Shown: positions 8,908 through 18,210, counted from the stretch's first letter. The stretch: DNA of 64,000 nt from an uncultured Bacteroidales bacterium (GCA_964450375.1 CAYVEW010000003.1:935-64934), one strand, 5' to 3'. A program made the numbers and translations. Notes: a model not told the origin generated them from the sequence alone.

Positions 8908-11514
8908 TTAAAATTCTATTCCAATCAATAACACATCATCGATTTGTTTGTTCTTACCCATCCATTTTTTAAAATCGACAGAAAACAAGTTCGAATATTG
9001 TTGCATTGATAAATTATTGTTCTCTAAAATGTTATCTCTAATTCGCTGTGGCGAGTATTTTCTTCCTTCCGGACCACCAATCTGGTCTGGCAATCCGTCA
9101 GAGAATATAAATATTTTATCGCCTTTTTTAATTTCAATAATGTGATTTATAAAATCTTTCTCCGCCTTTTTGCGATGAGGAATTCCACCTATCGCTTTTC
9201 TATTTCCTTTATATTCCAGAAGTTCACCATCCCTTAGCAGAAATAAAGGCCGATGAGCTCCTGCATATTGTAATTGTTTTTTCTTCGGATCAATTCTACA
9301 TAAAGCAATATCCATTCCATCGCGTGCATCTGCATCAATTCTGTCTTGTTTTAAGGTTGTTCTTACTCCAAAATGCAACTTATCTAAAATTTGCCCTGCT
9401 GTATAGTTTACATCATGATCGACAATATTGTTTAATTGAAAATATCCGATAAAAGATAAAAGTGCACCGGGAACCCCATGGCCTGTACAATCTACAGCCG
9501 AAATATAAAGTATATCTTCTTTTTTAAAGAACCATGGAAAATCGCCACTTACCACATCGCGTGGTTTATAAAAAATAAATGATTTTGGCAGATATTCCTG
9601 AATAATAGTTGTGCTTGGTAAAATAGATGTTTGAATTCGTTGAGCGTAATTGATACTTTCGTTAATCTTTTTGTTTTTATCAATGATCTCAAGTTCAATT
9701 TGTTTTGCTTCGGTAATATCGTGCCCCACAAATAGAACGGTCTCCAGTTCATTTTCGTTAAATTCCGGTATTGCGTTAAAGCTCATTATACGCTCACCCA
9801 GTTTAGCTGTTGGGGTAGTTAATTCTTCGTTAATCTTTTGGTTGGTCTTACGCACCTGGCGTATCGTTTCTTTGAAAAATGTGGATAATGTTGGCTCAAT
9901 GTTTAACTCGTCGATCCGCGAATTAATAATTTCTGCCGCTTTCATACCCATAAAATTCTCAACCATAGGATTGGCATAGAAAAACTGTCCCTTGGTATTC
10001 ATTCGTAAAATCAGGTCGGGACTGTTTTCAGAAAGAGACTGCATTTTACTTTTCATTCGTTCTTCTTTTTCTGCTCTCTTTCTTTCGGTTATATCCTGCG
10101 AATTTAGAATAATACCACTAATTGCAGCATCATCCAGCAGATTTCTACCGGTTGTTTCAATGTGAATTTTTTTACCGTCCTTTTTTATATAGGTGTATTG
10201 AATGGTTCGTGGAGTGTGCGGATCTTCTAAAAGCAAATCAAACATTTCTTTCATGGCAGCTTCACCCTTGGCGGTAAGCCGGTCCATGTCTTTTCCGCTC
10301 ATCATTTCTTCAGGAGTGTATCCTAAGATTTTTAACACCGACGGACTTTGATATTTCAGTTTTAGTTCTTCGTCGTAAATTGAAATTACTTCCGATGCAT
10401 TTTCCAGCAGGGAATGTAAACGTTTTTGGGCATTTTCAACTTCTTTAACCTGAGTTTCTAAATTACGATTCGAAATTTCGAGCTCTTCCTGGGTTGCTCT
10501 CATTTCTTCGGCATTTTGTCGAAGTTGTTCTTCGTTGGCTCTTAACTCTTCGGTCATTTTCTGAGACTCCTGCAACAGTTTCTCAGTTTTCTGGTTCATA
10601 CGAAGATTATACAGCGTACGGGCAATAATTTCTCCCAGTTCTTTTAAAAAATCGATTGTTAATTGCGGAAACTGGTCTTTGATTGATGCAAACTCAAGTA
10701 CCCCCTGAAGTTTTTCTTCAGTTATTAATGGTACAATTAAAATGCTGCAAGGTTTTTTATCGCCTAAAATTCCTGATGTTATGGTAGCATAATCTTCCGG
10801 AATCTCGGTTCTGTAAACAAAAGCCTTTTCGTAAGCACATTGCCCTATTAATCCTTCGCCCACATTAAATTCCTGGTTAATATATCTTCTGCGATTGTAA
10901 GCGTAGGTTGCAATATTTTGAAGTTTTTGTTCTTCTTCGTCATAAATATAAAAAGCACCCTGAATAATGTCAACATACTTAATTAGCTGAACAACAACTT
11001 CGTAAGCTAACTCGTTGATGTTATTGTGCATTCGAAGAATTCCTGAGATCAGATCTTTTCCTTCGGATATCCAGTTTTGTTCTTTTTCTTTTTTGCTGTT
11101 TGCTAAAAGGTTATCGCGCATTAACAGCAACGATTTGGCCAGTATATCGTCTTTACTCGAAACATCAACACTTTCGTCGTAATTACCTTCGCCAATTTTT
11201 TTTGCTAGGGTTGCATTCTTGCTAATGTTTTGATCGCGTTGTTCAATAATCTTCTTAAAAACTTCTTTGTCACGCTCCCGGTGCTGCAAATAAATGTATA
11301 TTATGCCAGCAATAACGATAGGGCTAACATTAATTATCCAATGAATTGGATTTGACTGATGAATTTGGGCAATTGTTTTAAAACTTACGGGTAAGTTGTT
11401 AACGAGAATATCGATTATCCATGAGATAAGAATCAGGATAAATGAAATTCCGACACCAATAATTATATCGTTGTAAGAGATTTTACGTATTTGGTTATCT
11501 TTATCTACAGCCAT
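8908..11514 (-). CDS. Membrane sensor phosphatase: TM / HAMP-like / GAF / E,Q-rich coiled coil / 2x PAS / PP2C (SpoIIE) domain (SiaA-like role)
   Basis: 868 aa. N-terminal TM helices. GAF block (GEGLIGQCA...EIPEDYATITSGILG...LEFAS). PAS S-boxes. C-terminal SpoIIE/PP2C motifs (VSGDFPWF, DCTGHGVPGA, DGMDIALC, FSDGLPDQ). Confidence 0.85.
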   Translation of the reverse strand: MAVDKDNQIRKISYNDIIIGVGISFILILISWIIDILVNNLPVSFKTIAQIHQSNPIHWIINVSPIVIAGIIYIYLQHRERDKEVFKKIIEQRDQNISKNATLAKKIGEGNYDESVDVSSKDDILAKSLLLMRDNLLANSKKEKEQNWISEGKDLISGILRMHNNINELAYEVVVQLIKYVDIIQGAFYIYDEEEQKLQNIATYAYNRRRYINQEFNVGEGLIGQCAYEKAFVYRTEIPEDYATITSGILGDKKPCSILIVPLITEEKLQGVLEFASIKDQFPQLTIDFLKELGEIIARTLYNLRMNQKTEKLLQESQKMTEELRANEEQLRQNAEEMRATQEELEISNRNLETQVKEVENAQKRLHSLLENASEVISIYDEELKLKYQSPSVLKILGYTPEEMMSGKDMDRLTAKGEAAMKEMFDLLLEDPHTPRTIQYTYIKKDGKKIHIETTGRNLLDDAAISGIILNSQDITERKRAEKEERMKSKMQSLSENSPDLILRMNTKGQFFYANPMVENFMGMKAAEIINSRIDELNIEPTLSTFFKETIRQVRKTNQKINEELTTPTAKLGERIMSFNAIPEFNENELETVLFVGHDITEAKQIELEIIDKNKKINESINYAQRIQTSILPSTTIIQEYLPKSFIFYKPRDVVSGDFPWFFKKEDILYISAVDCTGHGVPGALLSFIGYFQLNNIVDHDVNYTAGQILDKLHFGVRTTLKQDRIDADARDGMDIALCRIDPKKKQLQYAGAHRPLFLLRDGELLEYKGNRKAIGGIPHRKKAEKDFINHIIEIKKGDKIFIFSDGLPDQIGGPEGRKYSPQRIRDNILENNNLSMQQYSNLFSVDFKKWMGKNKQIDDVLLIGIEF

Positions 11515-11527
11515 AAGATATAAATAA

Positions 11528-12298
11528 TTAATATTTGCTTAAAGCTTTTCCAATTTGCTCATTCATTCCTTCAAACAATTGATTAAAGTTTTTCTTAAAC
11601 TCTTTAAACGAAGCTAACTCGATAATTGCAATTGTTTCCTCCTGATAAACAATTGGAATAATGTTTAAGTGATTTGGCGAGCTGCTTCCTAATCCGGATA
11701 ATATCGTAACATAGTTTTCAGGAATTTCTTTTAAATTCAGTACGGTTTTGTTTTTTGCTGCCTGCCCCGACAAACTTTCACCTATTTTAAAACTTTTGGG
11801 TTCTTCTTCACCAAAGTATGCATATTTACCGGCAATATTAAAAATATCTGATTCTTTTTCTTTAACAAAAAACAAACCTTGCACAATATTGAATTCTTTG
11901 GCGATATTACTTAATAACTTTTCGGTGTACTTGACCAAATCCATTTTGGAATCTTCTTTTGGCAAGATCTTTTTAATGTAACTATCGATATCTAATAATT
12001 CATCTTGTGAAACATCATTTGAGTTTTCGTCTTTTTTCGAAGAATCATCATCCAATATTTTTATTTCTGATGATAAGTCTTCGGCTTCGGATTGTCTGCC
12101 ACTAAGAATTACCGCAACAAATAGGATAAATCCAAAGATGATTAAAAGAATGATTAAAACGTAGATGCCATTTCCACCAAGCTTGATTTGGTTTTCTGCA
12201 ATCAGGTTTCGAATGCTGCTAAACAGAATAAATGATATTATTAACTCTGCAATTAGAGAAATAAAAGCTAATATTTTAATTATCTTCGAATTATTCAT
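11528..12298 (-). CDS. Two-TM membrane protein with acidic linker and C-terminal GAF domain
   Basis: 256 aa with two N-terminal TM helices. The GAF block (IGESLSGQAAKNK...EIPENYVTILSGLG...IELASF) is paralogous to the GAF of the downstream PP2C sensor. Confidence 0.7.
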   Translation of the reverse strand: MNNSKIIKILAFISLIAELIISFILFSSIRNLIAENQIKLGGNGIYVLIILLIIFGFILFVAVILSGRQSEAEDLSSEIKILDDDSSKKDENSNDVSQDELLDIDSYIKKILPKEDSKMDLVKYTEKLLSNIAKEFNIVQGLFFVKEKESDIFNIAGKYAYFGEEEPKSFKIGESLSGQAAKNKTVLNLKEIPENYVTILSGLGSSSPNHLNIIPIVYQEETIAIIELASFKEFKKNFNQLFEGMNEQIGKALSKY

Positions 12299-12307
12299 GA
12301 AATAATA

Positions 12308-12865
12308 TCATTTTATATTTAATAAAAAATTAATAATCTGATTGGTTGTAAATATATGATCAACGGGTGTAATTTTCAAAGATGCTTCGGTCATTGTTTT
12401 AACCTGACATTCGTTTGGATCCTGCACAATAGCAAGCCCTCCCAGTTGTTTTAGTTTTTTTAATCCATTAGCACCGTCCCGGTTTGCTCCCGACAGGATG
12501 ATTCCGATTATTTTATCGCGGTATGCCTGCGCAGCTGTTTCAAAAGTTAAATCAATTGAAGGCCTTGAATGATTTACAGGTTCTTCGGTTGATAAGGCAA
12601 TTCTTTTGTTTAACTCGATGTACATATGATAATTTGAAGGAGCTAAATATCCTCTTCCCGGTTTAATGGTTTCCTTATCATATGGTTCGTCAATCGGTAT
12701 TTTGGATTTTATCGACAGTGCTTCCACAAAGCCAGACCGAACATGTTTTAACCTGTGCAAGCTTAGCAAAACAGGTAAAGGAAAATTTTTAGGTAAGGAA
12801 CTTAATATTTTTGTAATTACCTGAAAACTTCCTGCTGATCCGCCTATAACAACTGCCTTATACAT
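12308..12865 (-). CDS. cheB: CheB-type protein-glutamate methylesterase, catalytic domain only (no receiver domain)
   Basis: 185 aa. VIGGSAGS (Ser nucleophile region), SLHRLKH (His), ILSGANRDGANG (Asp), and LAIVQDP typical of CheB_methylest. Confidence 0.85.
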   Translation of the reverse strand: MYKAVVIGGSAGSFQVITKILSSLPKNFPLPVLLSLHRLKHVRSGFVEALSIKSKIPIDEPYDKETIKPGRGYLAPSNYHMYIELNKRIALSTEEPVNHSRPSIDLTFETAAQAYRDKIIGIILSGANRDGANGLKKLKQLGGLAIVQDPNECQVKTMTEASLKITPVDHIFTTNQIINFLLNIK

Positions 12866-12876
12866 TTAATTTGTCT

Positions 12877-13707
12877 TTAAGATAATTTCTTTTTATAAAT
12901 ACTTTCAGACCGATTAACCAGCGTATAATCCTTATCCGAATTCCAGTATTCAATCTTTTCATTGTTTCCAATAACCAGATGTCCTCCCGGAACCAGACAA
13001 TTATACATAATTTTCACAAAACGTTCCTGTAAAATCTGATTATAATAAATCATTTGATTACGGAACAATATAAACTTAATCCCTTTAGGATAATCATCAA
13101 ATATAATACTTTGTTTGATAAATTTGGTATTATCTATTAAAGAAGTATCCCAATAAGCTTTATCGTTTTCGTATGTAAAATAATCCGATAATTCCGACTC
13201 GGCATAAATACGCTTATAGTTTGCATCGTTGGTTTCGATCTTTTTAGGATCGAAAATCCCGGTTTTTACATTCTCGAGATTTTTTTCGCTGATGGATGAA
13301 ACAATAAACTGGACATTATTTAACAGGTTCAGTTTTTTAAGAACAATTGCGGTGGAATATAATTCTTCACCCGATGAAACTTCCGGAAACCAAATTTTAA
13401 AATTGGGTGTGTTGTTAATTAACTGGGGGAAGTATTCATCATTTAGCACTCTCCACAAGGATGGATCGCGAAACATTTCAGTAACATCAACACACATAAA
13501 TTGTAAAAATGTTTCGATAAAACCGGGCTCTACTTTTAGTTTTTTAAGAAAACCGTCAGCATCTTTTAGGTTGTAGTTTTGGATTAGATTTTCAACCCTG
13601 CGCTTAAAAAAAGTGAGTGCATAATTTTTAAAATCATAATCGTAATCATCTTGCAATGTTTTGATTATCATTCGCGTGTCTACTATGCCTAATTCGAACT
13701 TATTCAT
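12877..13707 (-). CDS. cheR: CheR-family methyltransferase, divergent paralog
   Basis: 276 aa. TEMFRDP, IWFPEVSSGEELYS and FRNQMIYY align with CheR motifs, but the A-S-D-[IL] motif reads V-S-S-I. Confidence 0.8.
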   Translation of the reverse strand: MNKFELGIVDTRMIIKTLQDDYDYDFKNYALTFFKRRVENLIQNYNLKDADGFLKKLKVEPGFIETFLQFMCVDVTEMFRDPSLWRVLNDEYFPQLINNTPNFKIWFPEVSSGEELYSTAIVLKKLNLLNNVQFIVSSISEKNLENVKTGIFDPKKIETNDANYKRIYAESELSDYFTYENDKAYWDTSLIDNTKFIKQSIIFDDYPKGIKFILFRNQMIYYNQILQERFVKIMYNCLVPGGHLVIGNNEKIEYWNSDKDYTLVNRSESIYKKKLS

Positions 13708-13728
13708 TTTTACACACTTTTTCCTTTT

Positions 13729-14568
13729 CTATTTTTTTCTGTAAGCTTGTCCTTTCTTGTCGAATTTTGATGTAATTTCTCCAAGCATGGTTTCGTGCAT
13801 ACCTAATACTAAATACCCATTGGTATATAAATGATCGTGAAATAATTTAAAAACTTTATTTTGCAGGCTGTATTTAAAATAGATTATTACATTTCTACAA
13901 AGAATTAAATCAAATTTTGCAAAATACAAGTTTCCTCCTTTTACCAGATCATGTTGTCTGAAAATAGGTTTTTTCTTCAGAAACTCGTTCATTGTAATGG
14001 TATCGGTAACCTTATCTATTTTAAAATACTTGTTATAAGGAACATCGTTATATTCATCGTAATTAAACGGATTTTCCTTAATAACCTTATCAAAATTATC
14101 CAGATAGCCAATGTTAAAACGATACTTATAATTACCTTTTTTGGCAGCTTCCAGAGCATCTATATTTAAATCGCTGGCAAATATTTTAGCTTTATCGAGC
14201 AAATCCAGCTCATTTAATAGAATCATCATAGAATATACTTCCTGACCGGTTGAGCAGCCGGCATGCCAAATGTTTATATTTTTGTTTTCGGAAAATTTAG
14301 GTAATATTCTGTAGCGCAATGTTTGCCAGATCTGTGGATCACGAAATAATTCGGTTGTGTTAACTGTAATATCTTTAACCGTTTTTTCCAGGAAATCTTT
14401 GTTGGTCTTTAATTTATTAATTAAAGTTAACAGATCCATATTATTATCGATCAAAATTTTTTGTAGGCGCCGTTTTAGTGATTTTTCTGAATACTCACTA
14501 AAATCATAATTCGACACATTTTTAATTGTGTTAATAAAAAAGTTAACATCTTGATCAGTTAGGACCAT
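13729..14568 (-). CDS. cheR: CheR-type protein-glutamate O-methyltransferase
   Basis: 279 aa. TELFRDP, IWHAGCSTGQEVYS, IFASDLN and CRNVIIYF are canonical CheR N-terminal and SAM-binding motifs. Confidence 0.88.
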   Translation of the reverse strand: MVLTDQDVNFFINTIKNVSNYDFSEYSEKSLKRRLQKILIDNNMDLLTLINKLKTNKDFLEKTVKDITVNTTELFRDPQIWQTLRYRILPKFSENKNINIWHAGCSTGQEVYSMMILLNELDLLDKAKIFASDLNIDALEAAKKGNYKYRFNIGYLDNFDKVIKENPFNYDEYNDVPYNKYFKIDKVTDTITMNEFLKKKPIFRQHDLVKGGNLYFAKFDLILCRNVIIYFKYSLQNKVFKLFHDHLYTNGYLVLGMHETMLGEITSKFDKKGQAYRKK

Positions 14569-14716
14569 ACAGACTTTATTAAAAAGTATATTCTTAGTAC
14601 GCTATTTTTTTAAAATAGTTTGAATTAAAATTGTAAAAATAGCGAATATACTTATTTTGTAAAATAATAGTTTAAGAATTAATGAAATTTTATTTTTTAC
14701 TAAATATCAGTTTATA

Positions 14717-16375
14717 ATGAAATTAGATCAGAATAAGCCAACTTTAGCAATCTATGGTATTAAAGATATAAAAAATTCCGGATATCCTGTCTTTGTGCAC
14801 GATCATAATATCACATTTTTTGATAAGGGGCATATAATAAGGTATAATCAGCTGGAAAGAAGCACGCGAAAAAAATATGACAATTCGCTTGATAAGGAAT
14901 TATATCATTTATTAAAATCTGAAAAATTACTGGGTAAAGATTTCGATTTGGTTTTTGTCGACAATGTAATCGGGCGAGCATTTATATCTGATGATGGCGA
15001 AGTTCGATTTGAAGTATCGCCAAATAAAGAACTACATGCTGGACTTGAAAAGGGTAGATGCTGGTGGTATGGCGAACTAAAAGATGCTTACATATTAAAT
15101 CACGAGTTGGCACATATTTATAGCTGTATTCCTTTTTTTGGAGATTTTAAGGGAAACAGCCTGTTGGTGCATTTCGATGGTGGTGCAAGTTTGAGCAATT
15201 TTTCTGCCTGGACATTTCAAAACAGAGAATTAAAGAATGTTGAGTATCATTGGGATTTAAAATATTTGTCATCTTTGTTTAATGCCAACGCATTGTCGTT
15301 TGCAATGATAGGGGCTAAAGAATACGATCAGCATTCGGTGCCCGGCAAGCTTATGGGATTTGCCTCATACGGGAATTATTCGGAACAAATTGAAGAATGG
15401 TTAAAAGCAAATGACTATTTTCAGAATATCTGGGGGAAAAAGGCCATCTTTTTCGATAAAGCAAAAGCAGATTTCGGTGTGGAGTTAAAAAGTTTCGATC
15501 AGCGAAATTCTTTTATACAGAATGTTGCCGCAACTTTTCAGCACATCTTTGTACGGGATTTTATAAAAAAGCTCGAAGCTTTAAAGAATCAAACCAATAC
15601 CGATTATTTGTATTTAACGGGTGGTTCGGCGCTGAATATCTTGGCAAATTCAGAAATTGTTCACAGGAAATTGTTTAAGGATGTTTTTATTCCTCCCTGT
15701 ACGAATGATTCGGGACTTTCAATAGGAGCCGGTGCTTATATGGAGCAATTAAAGCATGGCGAGCTAAAACAGCATGGCCCATATTTAAATAATTGGGATT
15801 TAACCGAAGGGGAATTTAACTATTCTACCAATGATATTGAGCAGGTGGCAGAATTGCTTGTAAACAAGAAAGTTGTTGCTATATGCAACGGACCTGCCGA
15901 AGTTGGCCCCAGGGCTTTGGGTAACCGGAGCATTTTAGCTTTGGCAAACGCTAAGCAACTGGCCAAAAAAGTTAGCGAAGGGCATAAGAAGCGAGAATGG
16001 TACAGGCCCGTAGCTCCTGTTATGCTTGAAAAAAATGCAAAATACTTTACCGGATTAAAAGAAATTCATCATTTGAGCAGATTCATGTTGTTGGATTTTA
16101 AGATTCTGCCAGAAAGAATCCAAGAAATGGAGGGAGCAGTTCATGTGGATGGAACATCGCGAATTCAAACCCTGTTTGAGCGGTGCGAAAATGAATTTAT
16201 GTACGATTTGCTTACGTTCCTGGACGAGAAATATGGTGTTAGGGCGCTGATAAATACATCGTTCAATGTAAAGGGAGAACCCATTGTGCATACTACGGAT
16301 GATGCAATTCGATCGGCAACGAATATGAAATTGGATGCCCTTGTTTTAAATGGTAAACTGCAACTTATAAAGTAA
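14717..16375 (+). CDS. Carbamoyltransferase (NodU/CmcH/TobZ family)
   Basis: 552 aa. HELAHIYS metal-site-like motif in the N-terminal half; C-terminal VHVDGTSRIQT and INTSFNVKGEPIV blocks typical of the carbamoyltransferase C-domain. Confidence 0.85.
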   Translation: MKLDQNKPTLAIYGIKDIKNSGYPVFVHDHNITFFDKGHIIRYNQLERSTRKKYDNSLDKELYHLLKSEKLLGKDFDLVFVDNVIGRAFISDDGEVRFEVSPNKELHAGLEKGRCWWYGELKDAYILNHELAHIYSCIPFFGDFKGNSLLVHFDGGASLSNFSAWTFQNRELKNVEYHWDLKYLSSLFNANALSFAMIGAKEYDQHSVPGKLMGFASYGNYSEQIEEWLKANDYFQNIWGKKAIFFDKAKADFGVELKSFDQRNSFIQNVAATFQHIFVRDFIKKLEALKNQTNTDYLYLTGGSALNILANSEIVHRKLFKDVFIPPCTNDSGLSIGAGAYMEQLKHGELKQHGPYLNNWDLTEGEFNYSTNDIEQVAELLVNKKVVAICNGPAEVGPRALGNRSILALANAKQLAKKVSEGHKKREWYRPVAPVMLEKNAKYFTGLKEIHHLSRFMLLDFKILPERIQEMEGAVHVDGTSRIQTLFERCENEFMYDLLTFLDEKYGVRALINTSFNVKGEPIVHTTDDAIRSATNMKLDALVLNGKLQLIK

Positions 16376-17090
16376 ATCCGAATTGAATATATAATGTATT
16401 CATTAACGGGTTAGCAATTAATGCAGCTTGCAATGGAATTTCTTTTGCTTTAAAAGTTTTTAAATTTCTCGAAGTTTTTATTCCGGCATTAACCACACCA
16501 AATTGATCGGCATAGTAACTTTTAAATGCATTAAATCCTAAAACTAAATCGATATTATTTTCATTGATTTCGGTTGAATAAGCCAGTTGAAAATAGGTAG
16601 AATATCGATTCTGATTTGTTTCTGAATCCAGATCATCGCCATAAACCATAGTGGCAATCATAAAATGAACCGGTGTTTTTAATATATTGTTTACATTCAG
16701 AGCAAGTTCTATGGTGTGTTTGGTTGAATATCTGTCGTAATTCGTAATCTCATTACTCGATTTATAGGATGGAGGGCAATAATAATCGAAAATCGTAAAC
16801 GAAATATTTTTGTAATAGTAGGTAAAGTACAAATCGATTTCGGTGTATTTATTGTCGATGCTATGAGCAGCCCAAATTCCTGTGGTGGAATTGCTTGTTG
16901 ATAGCTCGAACGTAGGTTCGATGGTTGGGGTATAACTAGTTGCATAACCACGCCAGGTATGCATACTCATAAAATCGATGGTAAATCGTGTGTTGAAAAT
17001 ACCATCTTTTGTATTGGCATAGTTTATTTTTATAACCAATACCAAAGCAACTAATAAAGCTAATTTGCTTAATTGAACCCTTTTTGCCAT
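16365..17090 (-). CDS. Probable outer-membrane beta-barrel protein, unknown function
   Basis: 241 aa with a signal peptide and alternating aromatic/polar strands. The C-terminus YIQFGFTL is beta-barrel-like. Its 3' end overlaps the convergent carbamoyltransferase gene by 11 bp. Confidence 0.5.
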   Translation of the reverse strand: MAKRVQLSKLALLVALVLVIKINYANTKDGIFNTRFTIDFMSMHTWRGYATSYTPTIEPTFELSTSNSTTGIWAAHSIDNKYTEIDLYFTYYYKNISFTIFDYYCPPSYKSSNEITNYDRYSTKHTIELALNVNNILKTPVHFMIATMVYGDDLDSETNQNRYSTYFQLAYSTEINENNIDLVLGFNAFKSYYADQFGVVNAGIKTSRNLKTFKAKEIPLQAALIANPLMNTLYIQFGFTL

Positions 17091-17092
17091 AA

Positions 17093-17110
17093 CCCCCTAA
17101 AATTTGGGGG
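17093..17110 (-). terminator. G5/C5 hairpin between the EEP gene and the OMP-like gene
   Basis: CCCCC-TAAAATTT-GGGGG. On the minus strand it ends 2 nt before the ATG at 17090. There is no U-tract, so it could be a terminator or a translation-initiation structure. Confidence 0.3.
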
Positions 17111-17157
17111 CAAAAATAGATAAAAAGCCTAAATTCCTATAACAAAATTATAAAAAT

Positions 17158-18210
17158 TTAATTTAAATTAACATTGCACAAAACAGGCTGATGATCAGTG
17201 TGTTGAAAGTCAAAATCAAGTGTTTTTATAAATTGTGATTTTATGTTTGGCGACATAAGATAAAAATCAATGATGGGTGTAATGGTTTTTCCTTTCACAT
17301 AAGGAGCATTTAAATACCTGTTTGTAGGAGTGGCAGGATCATAAACCCATGTCCAGGTTTCTGGTAAGTAGTCTTTTGATATGGGATTTAACACGAATCG
17401 CTTGGTTGGCGAATTTTCTTTTAGTTCAGAATAATCTACATCTGGCGGATTTTGATTCCAGTCGCCACCCACAATGATGTAATTTCCTTTTTCGTATTCG
17501 GCTAAAAGAAACTCTTTCAGATATTCCATTTGTTGTTTTTTCAGACTTCCGTCATCGTATGCCGAATTGTGTGTGTTTATAACAATGAATTCTTTTTTAT
17601 TACTGGTTGGAAATCGTTTTACTAAAAAACAACGATCGAGCATAAATAAACTAACCGGCCAGGAATAATTACCTGGAAACGAATATCTTACAACCGACTT
17701 TGGATTGAATTGTGTTAAGCTTAGTAATCCTGATTTTACTTTTCCTAAAGGATTCGTTATTGGCGAAGGAACAAATTTGACATCATAATTCTTTCCGAAA
17801 AAACCATTAAAATCTGTTAAGTAACTTTTAAAACTATCTACCTCGTTAATTCTGTAACTTCGTTTTGATTTAACATCCACTTCCTGCAATAAAATAAAAT
17901 CCAATGTATCGTTCTGATTAAGCATTGATTTTACAAAATCAAAGTTTTTGAGAACATTTTCTTTGCTTGTTCTTACTTGTTTCCCACCATCATAGAAAAA
18001 ATCCATGTCGGCACTTAAACCGCAATAGCCAATATTCCAAATCATCAAGCTTAATGAATTATTTACATCAATGGTATCCGGTGTTTCTGACTTAAAGATT
18101 TCTTCCTTAATATCTGGGGTATAATTGCTAAGCGATGCATAAATAAGAAAGGCAGCAAACAAGATAAGGATGGCCAGAAAAAACTTTATGGTTATTTTTA
18201 GTGCTTTCAT
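17158..18210 (-). CDS. Membrane-anchored endonuclease/exonuclease/phosphatase (EEP) family protein
   Basis: 350 aa with an N-terminal TM anchor. MIWNIGY...LLQEV...GGDWN...HTDHQPV is the EEP catalytic motif series. Confidence 0.8.
   Translation of the reverse strand: MKALKITIKFFLAILILFAAFLIYASLSNYTPDIKEEIFKSETPDTIDVNNSLSLMIWNIGYCGLSADMDFFYDGGKQVRTSKENVLKNFDFVKSMLNQNDTLDFILLQEVDVKSKRSYRINEVDSFKSYLTDFNGFFGKNYDVKFVPSPITNPLGKVKSGLLSLTQFNPKSVVRYSFPGNYSWPVSLFMLDRCFLVKRFPTSNKKEFIVINTHNSAYDDGSLKKQQMEYLKEFLLAEYEKGNYIIVGGDWNQNPPDVDYSELKENSPTKRFVLNPISKDYLPETWTWVYDPATPTNRYLNAPYVKGKTITPIIDFYLMSPNIKSQFIKTLDFDFQHTDHQPVLCNVNLN

Noticed and set aside
16365-16375. 11-bp convergent overlap of the carbamoyltransferase and OMP-like genes as a regulatory feature.
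   Set aside because: Short 3'-3' overlaps are common in compact genomes. There is nothing else to support a function.
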